From an uncultured Microbacterium sp. (GTDB lineage: Bacteria; Actinomycetota; Actinomycetes; Actinomycetales; Microbacteriaceae): a stretch of DNA of 64,000 nt. The stretch is from positions 2,718 through 66,717 of the forward strand of contig CAZTUC010000014.1 of NCBI GenBank assembly GCA_964616805.1, read 5' to 3'. The notes beneath the pieces are model-generated. The model made no database searches. It worked only from the letters and a program-made list of their open reading frames with translations, and was not told where the DNA came from. Made by a program: the position numbers and the translations under genes. Below, in pieces: positions 31,207 to 41,020 of the stretch (the first letter of the stretch is position 1; every line of letters begins with the position of its first letter).

Positions 31207-32606
31207 GCGTACAACTCCGCAATTCGGTCGCCCAGGTGGCGCAATCCGGCGGAGTTTGACGACTTCACCAAGACCCGATCGCCCGCGCGCAATTCACCTA
31301 CGAGATATTCGTAGGCACTTTCAACGTCGTGGAAGAACACGGCTTCACTATCCCACGAACCTTCGCCGATCGCACTGATGTAGAGTCGGCGTGCCTCATC
31401 TCCAACAACAACAATGCGGCGGATATTCAGTCGCACCGCGAGCAAGCCGACGCGATCGTGCTCTTCGCCGACGGTATCGCCAAGCTCGCTCATGGCGCCC
31501 AGAACGGCAACCGTACGCTCGTGCGGGCCCGCGATTTGGGCAAGGGTCCGAAGCGCGGCAGCCATCGAGTCGGGGCTCGCGTTGTAGGCATCGTTAATGA
31601 TGACAACATCGTCGTTACCCATTCGCTGCATCCGCCACCGCTCGGCCAGTTCGACCGTTTCGAGTGCCGCAATTGCTTGTTCGGGTGTCACACCAACGGC
31701 AAGCGCCGAAGCGATCGCAGCGAGGGCATTGTTGATGTGGTGTGCACCCAGCACGTTGAGGTGCAGTGAGTACGGTGTGCCGTCAACCGTCACGGTGCAG
31801 CTTGTGCCGGCAGCGGTCACGTCAAGCTCGCTCGCACGCACGCGCGCGGCATCCGCTTGGCCAAAACCAATAACCGTGAGCTTGTGCTCGTACGCGAGGT
31901 CTTGCATTGCGGCAACGCGCGGGTCGTCAACGTTCAGCACGGCCACACCACCAACCGCAGCGGATGCCACAAGCTCTGCCTTGGCCGCCGCGGTTTGTTC
32001 GATGCCTCCGAAACCACCCGCGTGTGCACTGCCGACCATGAGCACGGTTGCAACGTCGGGGGTCACGAGCGAAGCGAGGCTTGCAATTTCGCCCGCGGCC
32101 GATGCTCCGAACTCACACACGAGGTAGGCAGTGTCGTCGGTGACGCGCAGCATCGTCAACGGTGCGCCAACCTCGTTGTTGTATGAGCCTTTCGGAGCGA
32201 CAACCTCACCGTGCTCCCCGAGGATTCGAGCAAGAAAGTTCTTCGTTGTCGTCTTGCCGTTCGAGCCCGTCACACCAAGCACTTTGAGTCGGCCATGGCT
32301 TCGCACGCGAGCAACAACTTCGCGCGCCAGATCGGCGAGTGCCTGCACAACGTCTGCGACCTGCACCTGATCAATCGGGGCATCAACCGGGTGCTCCACA
32401 ATCGCCAGCACGGCACCGTTCTCGGCGGCGGTTGCCACAAAATTGTGCCCGTCTGTCACTTCGCCCGGCTTGGCAACAAAGATGCCGCCCGGAACCAATT
32501 CGCGCGAGTCGGTGTCGACCGCACCCGAGACGATCGTGTCGGCGTTTCCCCGCAAGATCGAGCCACCGGTCACAGCGGCGATCTCGGCCAGGGTGAGTGC
32601 AATCAC
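31203..32606 (-). CDS. murF: UDP-MurNAc-tripeptide--D-Ala-D-Ala ligase
   Basis: TGSNGKTTTK, SYNNEVG, NDAYNASPDSM and VLVKSS; single-ligase length (467 aa). Confidence 0.93.
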   Translation of the reverse strand: MIALTLAEIAAVTGGSILRGNADTIVSGAVDTDSRELVPGGIFVAKPGEVTDGHNFVATAAENGAVLAIVEHPVDAPIDQVQVADVVQALADLAREVVARVRSHGRLKVLGVTGSNGKTTTKNFLARILGEHGEVVAPKGSYNNEVGAPLTMLRVTDDTAYLVCEFGASAAGEIASLASLVTPDVATVLMVGSAHAGGFGGIEQTAAAKAELVASAAVGGVAVLNVDDPRVAAMQDLAYEHKLTVIGFGQADAARVRASELDVTAAGTSCTVTVDGTPYSLHLNVLGAHHINNALAAIASALAVGVTPEQAIAALETVELAERWRMQRMGNDDVVIINDAYNASPDSMAAALRTLAQIAGPHERTVAVLGAMSELGDTVGEEHDRVGLLAVRLNIRRIVVVGDEARRLYISAIGEGSWDSEAVFFHDVESAYEYLVGELRAGDRVLVKSSNSAGLRHLGDRIAELYA

Positions 32607-32654
32607 AGCGAAAAACTCCTCGCGAGGTCAAAAGGGAAAGCGATTGTGCCAGTT

Positions 32655-34493
32655 TTAGTGTGTCACGGGAAGCAGGGCGTCCATCGGTTTTGTCGACGGC
32701 GCAACCTCTCCAGACTTCAGCACTTGCGTCATTGCCTTCTGAAAGGCCGCAGCAGTCGCCGCTGACGAGGTTACACGAGTTGGCTCATCAAGCATCACGA
32801 CAACGACATATTGCGGGTCTTCGGCGGGAGCGAATCCGGCCAGAGTCGTGTAATACAGGCCAGCTTTGTAGCCACCGTTTTCGAGGTCAGGCTTTTCAGC
32901 GGTACCTGTCTTTGCTGCGACCCGATAGCCGGGCACGGCGATCTGTTCGGAAATGTAGCTTTGCACGGCAACATTTTCGAGCATCCGGGTGACGTCTTGC
33001 GCGTTCTTCTTCGAAATGATGCGTTCGCCTGGGGCCGTCTCGTCTTGCGTTACCGTGCCATCTGCGTGTGTGCAGCTCTCCACGAGCGTCAACGGCATTT
33101 TGACGCCATCGTTTGCAATCACCTGATATGCGCTCGCCAATTGCGCCGCCGTGACGGTAAACCCCTGCCCGAATGTCGTTGCGTAGTGCGTCTGACCGTC
33201 CCATTCATCGGTGGGATGAATAAGACCAGACTCTTCCCCGAGGAAGCCAACATTGGTGGCCTCACCGACGCCGAACTTCTTCAGGTAGTCGTAACGCACA
33301 TCTTCGCTTGCCATGTCACCAAATTTCGACAGGGCAACGTTTGACGACTCCACAAGCGCTCCGTTGAGTGTGTACGCGAGTGTGTCATGAGAGGTCGCGT
33401 CCCCGACAACAGCGCCGTTCGGGAACTGCTCCCGGTCGCTCGCTACCACCCAGCTCAACGGGTCGGCGAGCTTTTCTTGCAGCAGTGTTGCGGCGGTGAC
33501 GGCCTTGAACGTCGAGCCGGGTTCAAACGTTGTTGTAAACAGTCTCGAGCCACGATCGTCCGGGTCAACCCCGCCGGGATTGTTTGGGTCAACTGTCGGA
33601 TACTCGGCGGCACCTCGAATTTTGCCGGTCTTGACCTCGAGCACAATTGCTGAACCGTGTTGTGCTCCTTGTGTCGCAACTTCTTCGGCGAGCATTTGTT
33701 GCAGGAACCAGTTCAGTTGCGCATCAATCGTCAACTGCAGAGTGCCTCCCTGTTGGGCGGGTGTGACGCGCTCGCTATTGGGCAATCGGGCGCCGTCAAT
33801 GCTGCGCATATATGACTCTTCACCATCGATGGGCGCGAGGCATTCGTTCTCGGCGTACTCCACGCCCGCGAGTGGTCCGTCAGTTCCAACAAACCCCACA
33901 ATGTTGCCGGCAACCGCACCCGCGGGGTAGATGCGCTGCGGCAGCGGTGTGCCGGAAAGATAGTTCAGTTCGAGATCACGCAATTGTAAATACTGCGCTG
34001 CCGTGGCATCCGTTGCGATCCGCAACCACTGCGAGTGCGGATCTTCGGTATAGCGCTCGGCAACCTCCCGGCGCAATTCGTCTTCATCAAGCTCAAGAAT
34101 TTCAGCGATCTGCTTGGACGCTTCAGTCCACGCCAAATCCACCGGGCTTTTCTCCGGGTCCTTTTCGAACGCTCCGATCAGGCTCGGGTCAAGCGCGACC
34201 TCGTACACGGTCACGCTTTCGGCAAGCGTGAAGCCTTTCGTGTCAACGATGTCGCCGCGCTCACCGGCCAGAACACGCGTTGTGGCAAGGTTGCCAACTT
34301 GCTCGGAGTTGAACGCGTGTTCGCTCGCATTTACGACCTGGATGTCAACGAGTTTGACGACGAAAACGGCGAGGACACCGGCGAGCACGGCAGTCGTAGC
34401 CACCGCGCGCCGACGCCGACTCAGCGTGGGTCTCGGTTGCGCTTTCGTCTTTCGCGTTGCCACAGTTCTAATCGTTCTCGCTCGCTGCTGCAT
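32655..34493 (-). CDS. ftsI: Class B penicillin-binding protein FtsI
   Basis: RGDIVD, EPGSTFK (SxxK), SSN and KTGT; alternative GTG start at 34463. Confidence 0.92.
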   Translation of the reverse strand: MQQRARTIRTVATRKTKAQPRPTLSRRRRAVATTAVLAGVLAVFVVKLVDIQVVNASEHAFNSEQVGNLATTRVLAGERGDIVDTKGFTLAESVTVYEVALDPSLIGAFEKDPEKSPVDLAWTEASKQIAEILELDEDELRREVAERYTEDPHSQWLRIATDATAAQYLQLRDLELNYLSGTPLPQRIYPAGAVAGNIVGFVGTDGPLAGVEYAENECLAPIDGEESYMRSIDGARLPNSERVTPAQQGGTLQLTIDAQLNWFLQQMLAEEVATQGAQHGSAIVLEVKTGKIRGAAEYPTVDPNNPGGVDPDDRGSRLFTTTFEPGSTFKAVTAATLLQEKLADPLSWVVASDREQFPNGAVVGDATSHDTLAYTLNGALVESSNVALSKFGDMASEDVRYDYLKKFGVGEATNVGFLGEESGLIHPTDEWDGQTHYATTFGQGFTVTAAQLASAYQVIANDGVKMPLTLVESCTHADGTVTQDETAPGERIISKKNAQDVTRMLENVAVQSYISEQIAVPGYRVAAKTGTAEKPDLENGGYKAGLYYTTLAGFAPAEDPQYVVVVMLDEPTRVTSSAATAAAFQKAMTQVLKSGEVAPSTKPMDALLPVTH

Positions 34494-35235
34494 CCTCGCT
34501 GACCGCGGGTTGCTCCCCTATGTTCTCGCCCTCGGCGGCAGTTTCTGGTGCGACACTCTGTTCAGAGGCGACTTCTTCGACCGGCTGCACCTCCGCGACC
34601 GGCTGAGCCTCGGGAACCGGCATTTCCTCGACGACGGGTGGCGCCTGCTGCACGCTCGGTACGGTTATCGTCGTGACAACAGGCGGTTTGGTCCCAGCCT
34701 TCATTGCCGCATCCCACGCTGCCTGATCGGGCGCGACCGGCTCAGTGTCGATCAGCGCGTTTGCCACTGAACCGTTTCGAGGCGAAACGACCGACCAAAA
34801 ACCTGCCGGAGCACTTGTACCGATGGTTGCCCCATCGCTCAAGCGCAAGTAGTTCGGCGTGCCGTTGACAACGAGCCCGTTTGCTGCGGCTTGCTGGGCG
34901 AGCAACTGCGGCGACCCAAACGCGACCACTTCGCTTTCCAGCGCCTGCTGTTGCCACTGCAAGTCACGTTGCTCACGGAGCTTGTCGTTGAGCACGAATG
35001 ACTCTTGTGTCGTCGCGAGCGCAACGGCAACTTGCGTACCACCGATGAGGACAACGGCAAATACAGCCATGACTGCATAGCGAGTTCGACTCTTCTTGCG
35101 CGATGCGATTTTGTGTTCGACCGTGTAGAGCCGAGGGGTGTGTTCCTGCACGAAGCCGGGGACGTCGAGGTCGCGCTCGGGCGACGCGACGAAGTCGTCG
35201 GCCAACTTGTGCTCATCAAAGGCAAAGGCGCTCAC
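34468..35235 (-). CDS. FtsL-like cell division protein with a P/E/V-rich tail
   Basis: Position between rsmH and ftsI; one TM followed by a coiled coil. Confidence 0.7.
   Translation of the reverse strand: MSAFAFDEHKLADDFVASPERDLDVPGFVQEHTPRLYTVEHKIASRKKSRTRYAVMAVFAVVLIGGTQVAVALATTQESFVLNDKLREQRDLQWQQQALESEVVAFGSPQLLAQQAAANGLVVNGTPNYLRLSDGATIGTSAPAGFWSVVSPRNGSVANALIDTEPVAPDQAAWDAAMKAGTKPPVVTTITVPSVQQAPPVVEEMPVPEAQPVAEVQPVEEVASEQSVAPETAAEGENIGEQPAVSEDAAASEND
34578..34631. repeat. Degenerate 18-bp tandem repeat encoding [QM]PVxE[VA] hexapeptides in the FtsL-like tail
   Basis: cgaccggctgcacctccg / cgaccggctgagcctcgg / gaaccggcatttcctcga. Confidence 0.55.
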
Positions 35236-36188
35236 GGTTTCACCCCTTTCGTCGCTCGGAGTTTCTCGGCGGCACGCAAGCGCACCGGAATTGCCCGCGG
35301 GTTACGCGCGCGTTCTGCGTCTTCAGCGAGTTCCGCACCGCGTGTGAGCATCCGAAACGTCGGTGCATGCTCGGGTAATTCCATTGGAAGCCCAGCCGGC
35401 GCGCTCGATGTGCTCGCCGTGGCAAACGCACGCTTGACAATGCGATCTTCAAGGGACTGGTAGGACTCAACCGCAATTCGGCCGCCCACGGCGAGGGCAT
35501 CCATCGCAGCGGGAATGGCTGCGGCGAGCACTTTCAACTCATTATTGACCTCGATGCGCAACGCTTGAAAAACGCGCTTTGCCGGATGACCGGCACGCTG
35601 GAGCGCGGCAGGGGTTGCCTCGATCAACAGGTCAACGAGTTGCCCGGAACGCACGATTGGCTCGCTCTCGCGGCGTTCAACGATGAAGCGCGCGTAACGG
35701 CCTGCGAGTTTTTCTTCGCCGTAGCGTTCAAAAATGCGCCGCAACTCGCCTTCCGAGAAGGTCGCAACAACCTCGGCCGCAGTGGTGCCAGTGGTCTGGT
35801 CCATACGCATATCAAGCGGAGCATCTTTCGCGTAGGCAAAACCGCGGTCAGCCTCATCAAGTTGCAGCGACGAAACACCCAGGTCAAACAGCACAGCGTC
35901 GGCGTCTTGCACGTGCTCGCCGATCTGGTCGTACACGGTGTGCACGAACGTCACGCGATCGGCGTACGCGGCGAGTCGCCGCTGAGCGATTGCAAGTGCT
36001 TGTGTGTCCCGGTCGAGTCCGATCAGCCGAATGTGCGGCATCCGCTCAAGAAACGCTTCGCTGTGCCCGCCCATTCCAAGCGTGGCGTCGACGAGAACCG
36101 CCCCATCAGCGGCGAGCGCCGGGGCAAGCAACTCGACGCAACGGTCGAGCATGACGGGGGTGTGAATGTCTCGAAGTGTCATCATCAC
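35232..36188 (-). CDS. rsmH: 16S rRNA m4C1402 methyltransferase
   Basis: [33 protein letters not shown] and [10 protein letters not shown]. Confidence 0.96.
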   Translation of the reverse strand: MMMTLRDIHTPVMLDRCVELLAPALAADGAVLVDATLGMGGHSEAFLERMPHIRLIGLDRDTQALAIAQRRLAAYADRVTFVHTVYDQIGEHVQDADAVLFDLGVSSLQLDEADRGFAYAKDAPLDMRMDQTTGTTAAEVVATFSEGELRRIFERYGEEKLAGRYARFIVERRESEPIVRSGQLVDLLIEATPAALQRAGHPAKRVFQALRIEVNNELKVLAAAIPAAMDALAVGGRIAVESYQSLEDRIVKRAFATASTSSAPAGLPMELPEHAPTFRMLTRGAELAEDAERARNPRAIPVRLRAAEKLRATKGVKP

Positions 36189-36279
36189 GTATCGGATGCT
36201 TCTCGCGAACCCTGATATCTGCTCGTCGCTCCGGCGCCGGGGAAGTGCGTCGGTTTCGCCGGGCAGATATCACAGCTCG

Positions 36280-36711
36280 CTAGAACAAGCCCGGGATCAC
36301 CTCCTCTTCAATGTCAGAGAAGTCGCTTTCGGTTGCTGCAACGTATTCGTTCCAAGCGTCGGCCGCCCAGATTTCGGCGTGCGTGCCAACACCCGTGAAG
36401 ATGAGGTCTTTTCCGAGACCCGCGTACTCGCGCAAGTGCGCGGGAATCATGACGCGGTGCTGGGAGTCGGGTGCTTCCGCGGCGGCGCCAGAAAGAAACA
36501 TGCGCAAGAACCCACGTGCTTGCTTGTTCGCAAGCGGTGCCTCGCGCATGCGTTCGTGAACACGTTCAAACTCTTCAGTGCTGAAGACGTAGAGGCAACG
36601 TTCCTGACCACGCGTGACAACGAGTCCACCGGCGAAGTCAGGACGAAACTTCGCGGGAACGATGACGCGGCCTTTGTCGTCGAGCTTGGGGGCATGGGTT
36701 CCCAACAACAT
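36280..36711 (-). CDS. mraZ: dcw cluster transcriptional regulator MraZ
   Basis: [14 protein letters not shown] with tandem SpoVT/AbrB domains; head of the dcw cluster. Confidence 0.95.
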   Translation of the reverse strand: MLLGTHAPKLDDKGRVIVPAKFRPDFAGGLVVTRGQERCLYVFSTEEFERVHERMREAPLANKQARGFLRMFLSGAAAEAPDSQHRVMIPAHLREYAGLGKDLIFTGVGTHAEIWAADAWNEYVAATESDFSDIEEEVIPGLF

Positions 36712-36773
36712 CGCCTCATCACCCCCTCATCTGCGGTGATCGGTGTACGGCCGATCACTGAAGTTCGTTGTGC

Positions 36774-36811
36774 CTCCACATTACTCCACTTTGCTCCATT
36801 TTCAACCCCAT
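36774..36811 (-). promoter_or_regulatory. MraZ-binding direct repeats
   Basis: Minus strand ATGGGG, ATGGAG, GTGGAG, GTGGAG; the last three at exact 10-bp spacing upstream of mraZ. Confidence 0.75.
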
Positions 36812-36870
36812 AGCGTGTGAAATCTTGTCGAAATCCACGCGCAGCGACCACGCACCGGTTTTCAGGCAAG

Positions 36871-36902
36871 AAAAAAGCCCCGGATGCCGAAGCATCCGGG
36901 GC
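36871..36902 (-). terminator. Intrinsic terminator of the DUF3040 gene
   Basis: 11-bp stem gccccggatgc-cgaa-gcatccggggc followed by T6 on the minus strand. Confidence 0.85.
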
Positions 36903-36917
36903 GAAAAATCGAGAGGA

Positions 36918-37286
36918 CTACTGCTCGCGACGATCCCAACGATCGTTGAGTCGATCCATCAAGCTGGGCTCAGCACCCGGGCCGGATGGTGCTGACTTGC
37001 CGACAAACTGGGCGGGCTCAGTTTTCGACGGCTTACTCGCGATGAAAACGCCGAGCACCATCATCACGAACGCCACGACACCAACCACGATCGTCCACGT
37101 GCCGCCGAGTGCGACGCCGGCGATGAGTGTGCCGACACCCGCCATGACAAGCAAGGCACCCCACAACAGGTTGCGGTAATTCAGCGAAGTGCCGGCGGTC
37201 GGGGCACTCACGACATCGGCATCGTTGCCCAGCAGATGACGTTCCATCTCGTCGAGCAGACGTTGCTCTTGTTCTGACAGTGGCAT
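36918..37286 (-). CDS. DUF3040 family membrane protein
   Basis: MPLSEQEQRLLDEMERHL, two TM segments and LNDRWDRR; typical position upstream of mraZ. Confidence 0.88.
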   Translation of the reverse strand: MPLSEQEQRLLDEMERHLLGNDADVVSAPTAGTSLNYRNLLWGALLVMAGVGTLIAGVALGGTWTIVVGVVAFVMMVLGVFIASKPSKTEPAQFVGKSAPSGPGAEPSLMDRLNDRWDRREQ

Positions 37287-37444
37287 TTGGGGCGCCCCCT
37301 CGTTGCAGGCAGGATGTGGTTTCACGGACGCAAAACCATGAAGTTTGTGTGACTCAGTCTACGGGTGAATACTGTGAAACGGGAGAGATATTTTCGCTTC
37401 TCCACCGTGGCGCAGCCCACCCCCACGGTCGATACGCTGGAGGG

Positions 37445-38533
37445 GTGAGCGAAACCCAGTTTGACGTTGCCGTAATCAATGAGCGGCTGCGTGATTTCGT
37501 GTCACAAACTCGCTCGGTTGGCGCCTACGAATCGGCCGAAGCTGATCGTTTTCTTGACGCGGGCGAGTCGGCGATAGCGGGCGGCAAGCGCTTGCGCGCC
37601 CGGTTCGTGCACGCGGCTTGGCTGGCCGTCACGGATGCCCCCACACCCCCACCGCAAGCAGTGCTCGACGCGTGCGCGGCCGTCGAGGTTTTCCAAGCGG
37701 CAGCACTCGTGCACGATGATCTCATCGATAATTCCGACACTCGCCGCGGCGCACCTGCCGCTCACCGCGCACTCGAGCACACCCACCGCAAGAACAACTG
37801 GCTGGGCGATGCCGAAGCATTTGGGCGTTCGGCAGCCATCCTGCTCGGCGACTTGCTCATCGCGTGGAGCGACGACCTGTTTGAACAGGGGCTTGCAACG
37901 TGCGATGACGCCGTTGCCCGACGAAATGCACGGGCGCTCTACGCACGCATGCGGCGCGACGTCACGGTTGGGCAGTTCATGGACCTTTCGGCAGAAGTCG
38001 CGTGGGCAAAATACCCCGAGAGTGAACACGCCGTCCGAGCGTTGAAGATTGCCGAAATGAAATCGGCCCGGTACAGCATCGCTGACCCCCTTGCCCTCGG
38101 CGCCGCACTCGGTGGCGCGAACGAAAACCAACGGGCGAGTCTTGAAGCATTCGGGCTCCCCCTTGGCATCGCGTTTCAATTGCGCGATGACATGCTCGGT
38201 GTTTTCGGTGACGAAAGCGAAACCGGTAAGCCCTCGGGCGACGATGTGCGCGAGGGAAAGCGCACCGCGCTCATCGCTTGGGCGCGCGAAGAACTCTCCC
38301 CAACCGGCCGCGACGAGCTGGATGCACTTTTGGGCAATCGTGAGCTCACCGCGACCGAGCTGCACAGGGCCAGGTGGCTCATCAACAACACTTCCGCTCC
38401 AGCGCGAGCCGAAGCACTCATCGCGGAAAACCTCGCCGCAGCACACGACGCACTGGCGAGAGCGGAAATCTCGGATGCTTCACGCACGGTGCTCGAAGCG
38501 CTCGCCGACGCATCCGTCAAACGAATTGCGTAA
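37445..38533 (+). CDS. Polyprenyl (GGPP-type) diphosphate synthase
   Basis: GGKRLR, HDDLID..RRG (FARM), KSARYS and FQLRDD (SARM); GTG 6 nt after TACGCT. Confidence 0.92.
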   Translation: MSETQFDVAVINERLRDFVSQTRSVGAYESAEADRFLDAGESAIAGGKRLRARFVHAAWLAVTDAPTPPPQAVLDACAAVEVFQAAALVHDDLIDNSDTRRGAPAAHRALEHTHRKNNWLGDAEAFGRSAAILLGDLLIAWSDDLFEQGLATCDDAVARRNARALYARMRRDVTVGQFMDLSAEVAWAKYPESEHAVRALKIAEMKSARYSIADPLALGAALGGANENQRASLEAFGLPLGIAFQLRDDMLGVFGDESETGKPSGDDVREGKRTALIAWAREELSPTGRDELDALLGNRELTATELHRARWLINNTSAPARAEALIAENLAAAHDALARAEISDASRTVLEALADASVKRIA

Positions 38534-38538
38534 CGCTG

Positions 38539-38880
38539 CTAACCGAGCATCAGCGCAGCAGCGCGCACCTCACCTTTGCGTCCCGCAATGAGCGACTCGA
38601 TCGGCGGGTGCCCAAGCGACTCGGTGTCGGTGAGTAGCCAGTCGATGGCCTCATCGGTTGTGAAGCCCTCATCAAGCAGCACGGTTGCCGTTCCGCGAAG
38701 CGACTTCAGTACGGCCCCGTCTTGGATAAACGCTGCGGGAACCCGCAACGCACCAAAGCGGCGCGTGCCGATCAAGTGGTGGTCGTCGAACAGTCGATGC
38801 ACACGACCGACAGGCTCGCCCAGAATCTCAACCAGGTCGGGAACGGTCAGCCACACTTCGGAGTTTGCAGTCTCGGTCAC
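38539..38880 (-). CDS. Rv2175c family DNA-binding protein
   Basis: WLTVPDLVE, VPAAFI, LKSLRGTATVLLD and PIESL; adjacent to pknL. Confidence 0.85.
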   Translation of the reverse strand: MTETANSEVWLTVPDLVEILGEPVGRVHRLFDDHHLIGTRRFGALRVPAAFIQDGAVLKSLRGTATVLLDEGFTTDEAIDWLLTDTESLGHPPIESLIAGRKGEVRAAALMLG

Positions 38881-38954
38881 AGCAAAAGCCTAGCGCGCGG
38901 GTGAAACCCGCGCGGCATCAGCAGAAACACACCCCGCGATCCTAGACTTTCAGC

Positions 38955-40973
38955 GTGAACACGCAGCCCGTCGCCGACCCCTTAATAGGGCGTCTCGTCG
39001 ACGGGCGTTACCGCGTGCGTGGTCGAATCGCGCGCGGCGGCATGGCCGCGGTGTATCTCGCTACTGATTTACGGCTCGAACGCCGCGTCGCACTCAAAGT
39101 CATGCACGGACACTTGAGCGACGACAAAGAATTTCAGCAGCGCTTTATCCAAGAAGCACGCTCCGCAGCACGCCTTTCCGACCCGAACGTCGTGCCGATT
39201 TACGACCAGGGACAGGACGGTGAAATCGCGTACCTGGTCATGGAGTACTTGCCCGGTGTGACCCTCCGAGAATTGCTGCGCGAGCAGGGGCAGCTCTCTG
39301 TAGAGCAAACCGTCGGAATCATGGACTCCGTGCTGAGTGGCCTTTCGGCAGCACACCGCGCCGATATTGTGCATCGCGACATTAAGCCCGAAAACGTGCT
39401 GCTCGCTGAAGATGGCCGCATCAAACTTGGCGACTTTGGGCTTGCCCGCGCAACTTCGGCAAACACAGCGACCGGTCAACAGTTGCTCGGCACGATTGCC
39501 TACTTGGCTCCTGAGCTCGTCACCCGCGGTTCTGCGGGTGCCCGCAGCGATATTTACGCGCTCGGTGTCATGCTGTACGAGATGCTCACCGGCCAGCAGC
39601 CGTTTCGTGGCGACCAACCGATGCAAATCGCATACCAGCACGCGAACGAACCGATGCCCCGGCCGAGCGCGATCAATCCCAAAGTGCCCGACCAGCTCGA
39701 CGACCTTGTCATTTGGGCGACCGAAAAGAACCCTGACGAGCGCCCCGCAAACGCCGGTGAAATGCTCGCGAGCCTCAAACAAGCCGAGCGTGAGCTCTCA
39801 ATCGTCCCCGCCGTGCCACGCGAGGCGGCCGCTTACTCGGAACACTCCACCGACGGTTCCACAAAGGTGTTGCTGAGCGATGACGCCACCGCAGTGCTCA
39901 CCGGGCCGCCAGCTCCCCCGGTGGTGCCCAGTGTTGCGACGCCTAATCCTGCATCCGACGCGGCCGCAGCTCAGCCGATTCTGCCCGAACCGGAACCGGA
40001 CATCGAACCTGAACCGGTCGACAGCGCGACGATGCTTCGGGTGCGCTCGCAGCGCCGCAGTCGCAGATTCACCCTCGCGTTGCTCACAACCCTCGCCCTC
40101 AGCGCAATCGCATTGCTGTCGGGACTCTACTTCACCGTCGGTGACGGTGCGAATGTCGCCGTGCCGAACCTGGTTGGCCAAACGAAGCAATCTGCACAAG
40201 CGCTTCTCATCGAGCAGGAGCTCACCGGAAAGCCGACTGAGCAGTACAGTCAAGACGTTGCCGAAGGTCGCGTTATCGAACAGAACCCGGGCGCCGGTGC
40301 ATCCGTCGCAAAACAATCGGATGTCACGTACACGGTTTCGCGCGGCAGGGAACCTGTCGAATTCACGCCCTCAGAAATCGTTGGGCTCAGCAAACAAGAC
40401 GCCGAGGCAAGAATCGCAGAATTGGGCCTTGTGCTGGCTGACCCGATCGAGTGGTTCTCAGAATTCCCTGCCGACCAAGTCACGAACCTGCGCACTGCGG
40501 CCAAAGATTCCACGGAGTTCGCCGAGTGCGATGGCACCTGCAAGCTCCTCAAGGGCGACCAAGTCAAGCTCTCGGTTTCGATGGGCGCGGTGCCGAATGT
40601 TGTCGGGCTCCCGACCGAAGAAGCACGCCAGATCCTGACCAATGCGGGTCTAAACGTGGCTGCCGAACCCGATCAGGCATACGACGCTCAAATCGCCCAG
40701 GGCAACATCGTTTCGGTGCGCATGAATGAAACCGTGTGGCGAGGCGACGAAGTCACGCTTGTCGAATCGCTCGGCCCAGAACTCTTTGCAGTGCCGAACG
40801 TCGTCGGCCTCACGCGCGATGAAGCCGTCGCCGAACTCGAAGCACTCGGCTTCCAAGCCGACGTGCCATGGATTTGGACCTGGCCGCCCAACAGCGCAAC
40901 GTCTGTTTCCGGGCAAGATCCCGACCCGGACACGATGCTTCCTGCCGCTTCGACGATCTCGCTTTCGTTCTAG
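38955..40973 (+). CDS. pknL: PASTA-domain Ser/Thr protein kinase (PknL-type)
   Basis: ARGGMA, VALK, HRDIKPEN, DFG, one TM and four PASTA repeats; synteny with Rv2175c and DAHP synthase. Confidence 0.85.
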   Translation: MNTQPVADPLIGRLVDGRYRVRGRIARGGMAAVYLATDLRLERRVALKVMHGHLSDDKEFQQRFIQEARSAARLSDPNVVPIYDQGQDGEIAYLVMEYLPGVTLRELLREQGQLSVEQTVGIMDSVLSGLSAAHRADIVHRDIKPENVLLAEDGRIKLGDFGLARATSANTATGQQLLGTIAYLAPELVTRGSAGARSDIYALGVMLYEMLTGQQPFRGDQPMQIAYQHANEPMPRPSAINPKVPDQLDDLVIWATEKNPDERPANAGEMLASLKQAERELSIVPAVPREAAAYSEHSTDGSTKVLLSDDATAVLTGPPAPPVVPSVATPNPASDAAAAQPILPEPEPDIEPEPVDSATMLRVRSQRRSRRFTLALLTTLALSAIALLSGLYFTVGDGANVAVPNLVGQTKQSAQALLIEQELTGKPTEQYSQDVAEGRVIEQNPGAGASVAKQSDVTYTVSRGREPVEFTPSEIVGLSKQDAEARIAELGLVLADPIEWFSEFPADQVTNLRTAAKDSTEFAECDGTCKLLKGDQVKLSVSMGAVPNVVGLPTEEARQILTNAGLNVAAEPDQAYDAQIAQGNIVSVRMNETVWRGDEVTLVESLGPELFAVPNVVGLTRDEAVAELEALGFQADVPWIWTWPPNSATSVSGQDPDPDTMLPAASTISLSF

Positions 40974-40976
40974 GGT

Positions 40977-41020
40977 GCGTCTGGCAAATCCGCATTGACG
41001 CGGACTTGTCAGACACGCTC
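40977..41020. terminator. Imperfect hairpin between convergent pknL and DAHP synthase
   Basis: About 19-bp stem with G-U pairs on the minus strand. Confidence 0.5.

Noticed and set aside
31203-34493. Hidden MurE-MurF or FtsI-MurE fusion
   Set aside because: MurF (467 aa) and FtsI (about 610 aa) are single-enzyme length, with one set of motifs each.
36734-36760. Hairpin in the mraZ leader as a possible ncRNA or riboswitch
   Set aside because: It is a single ~10-bp stem with no U-tract and no recognisable aptamer, which is not enough for a call.
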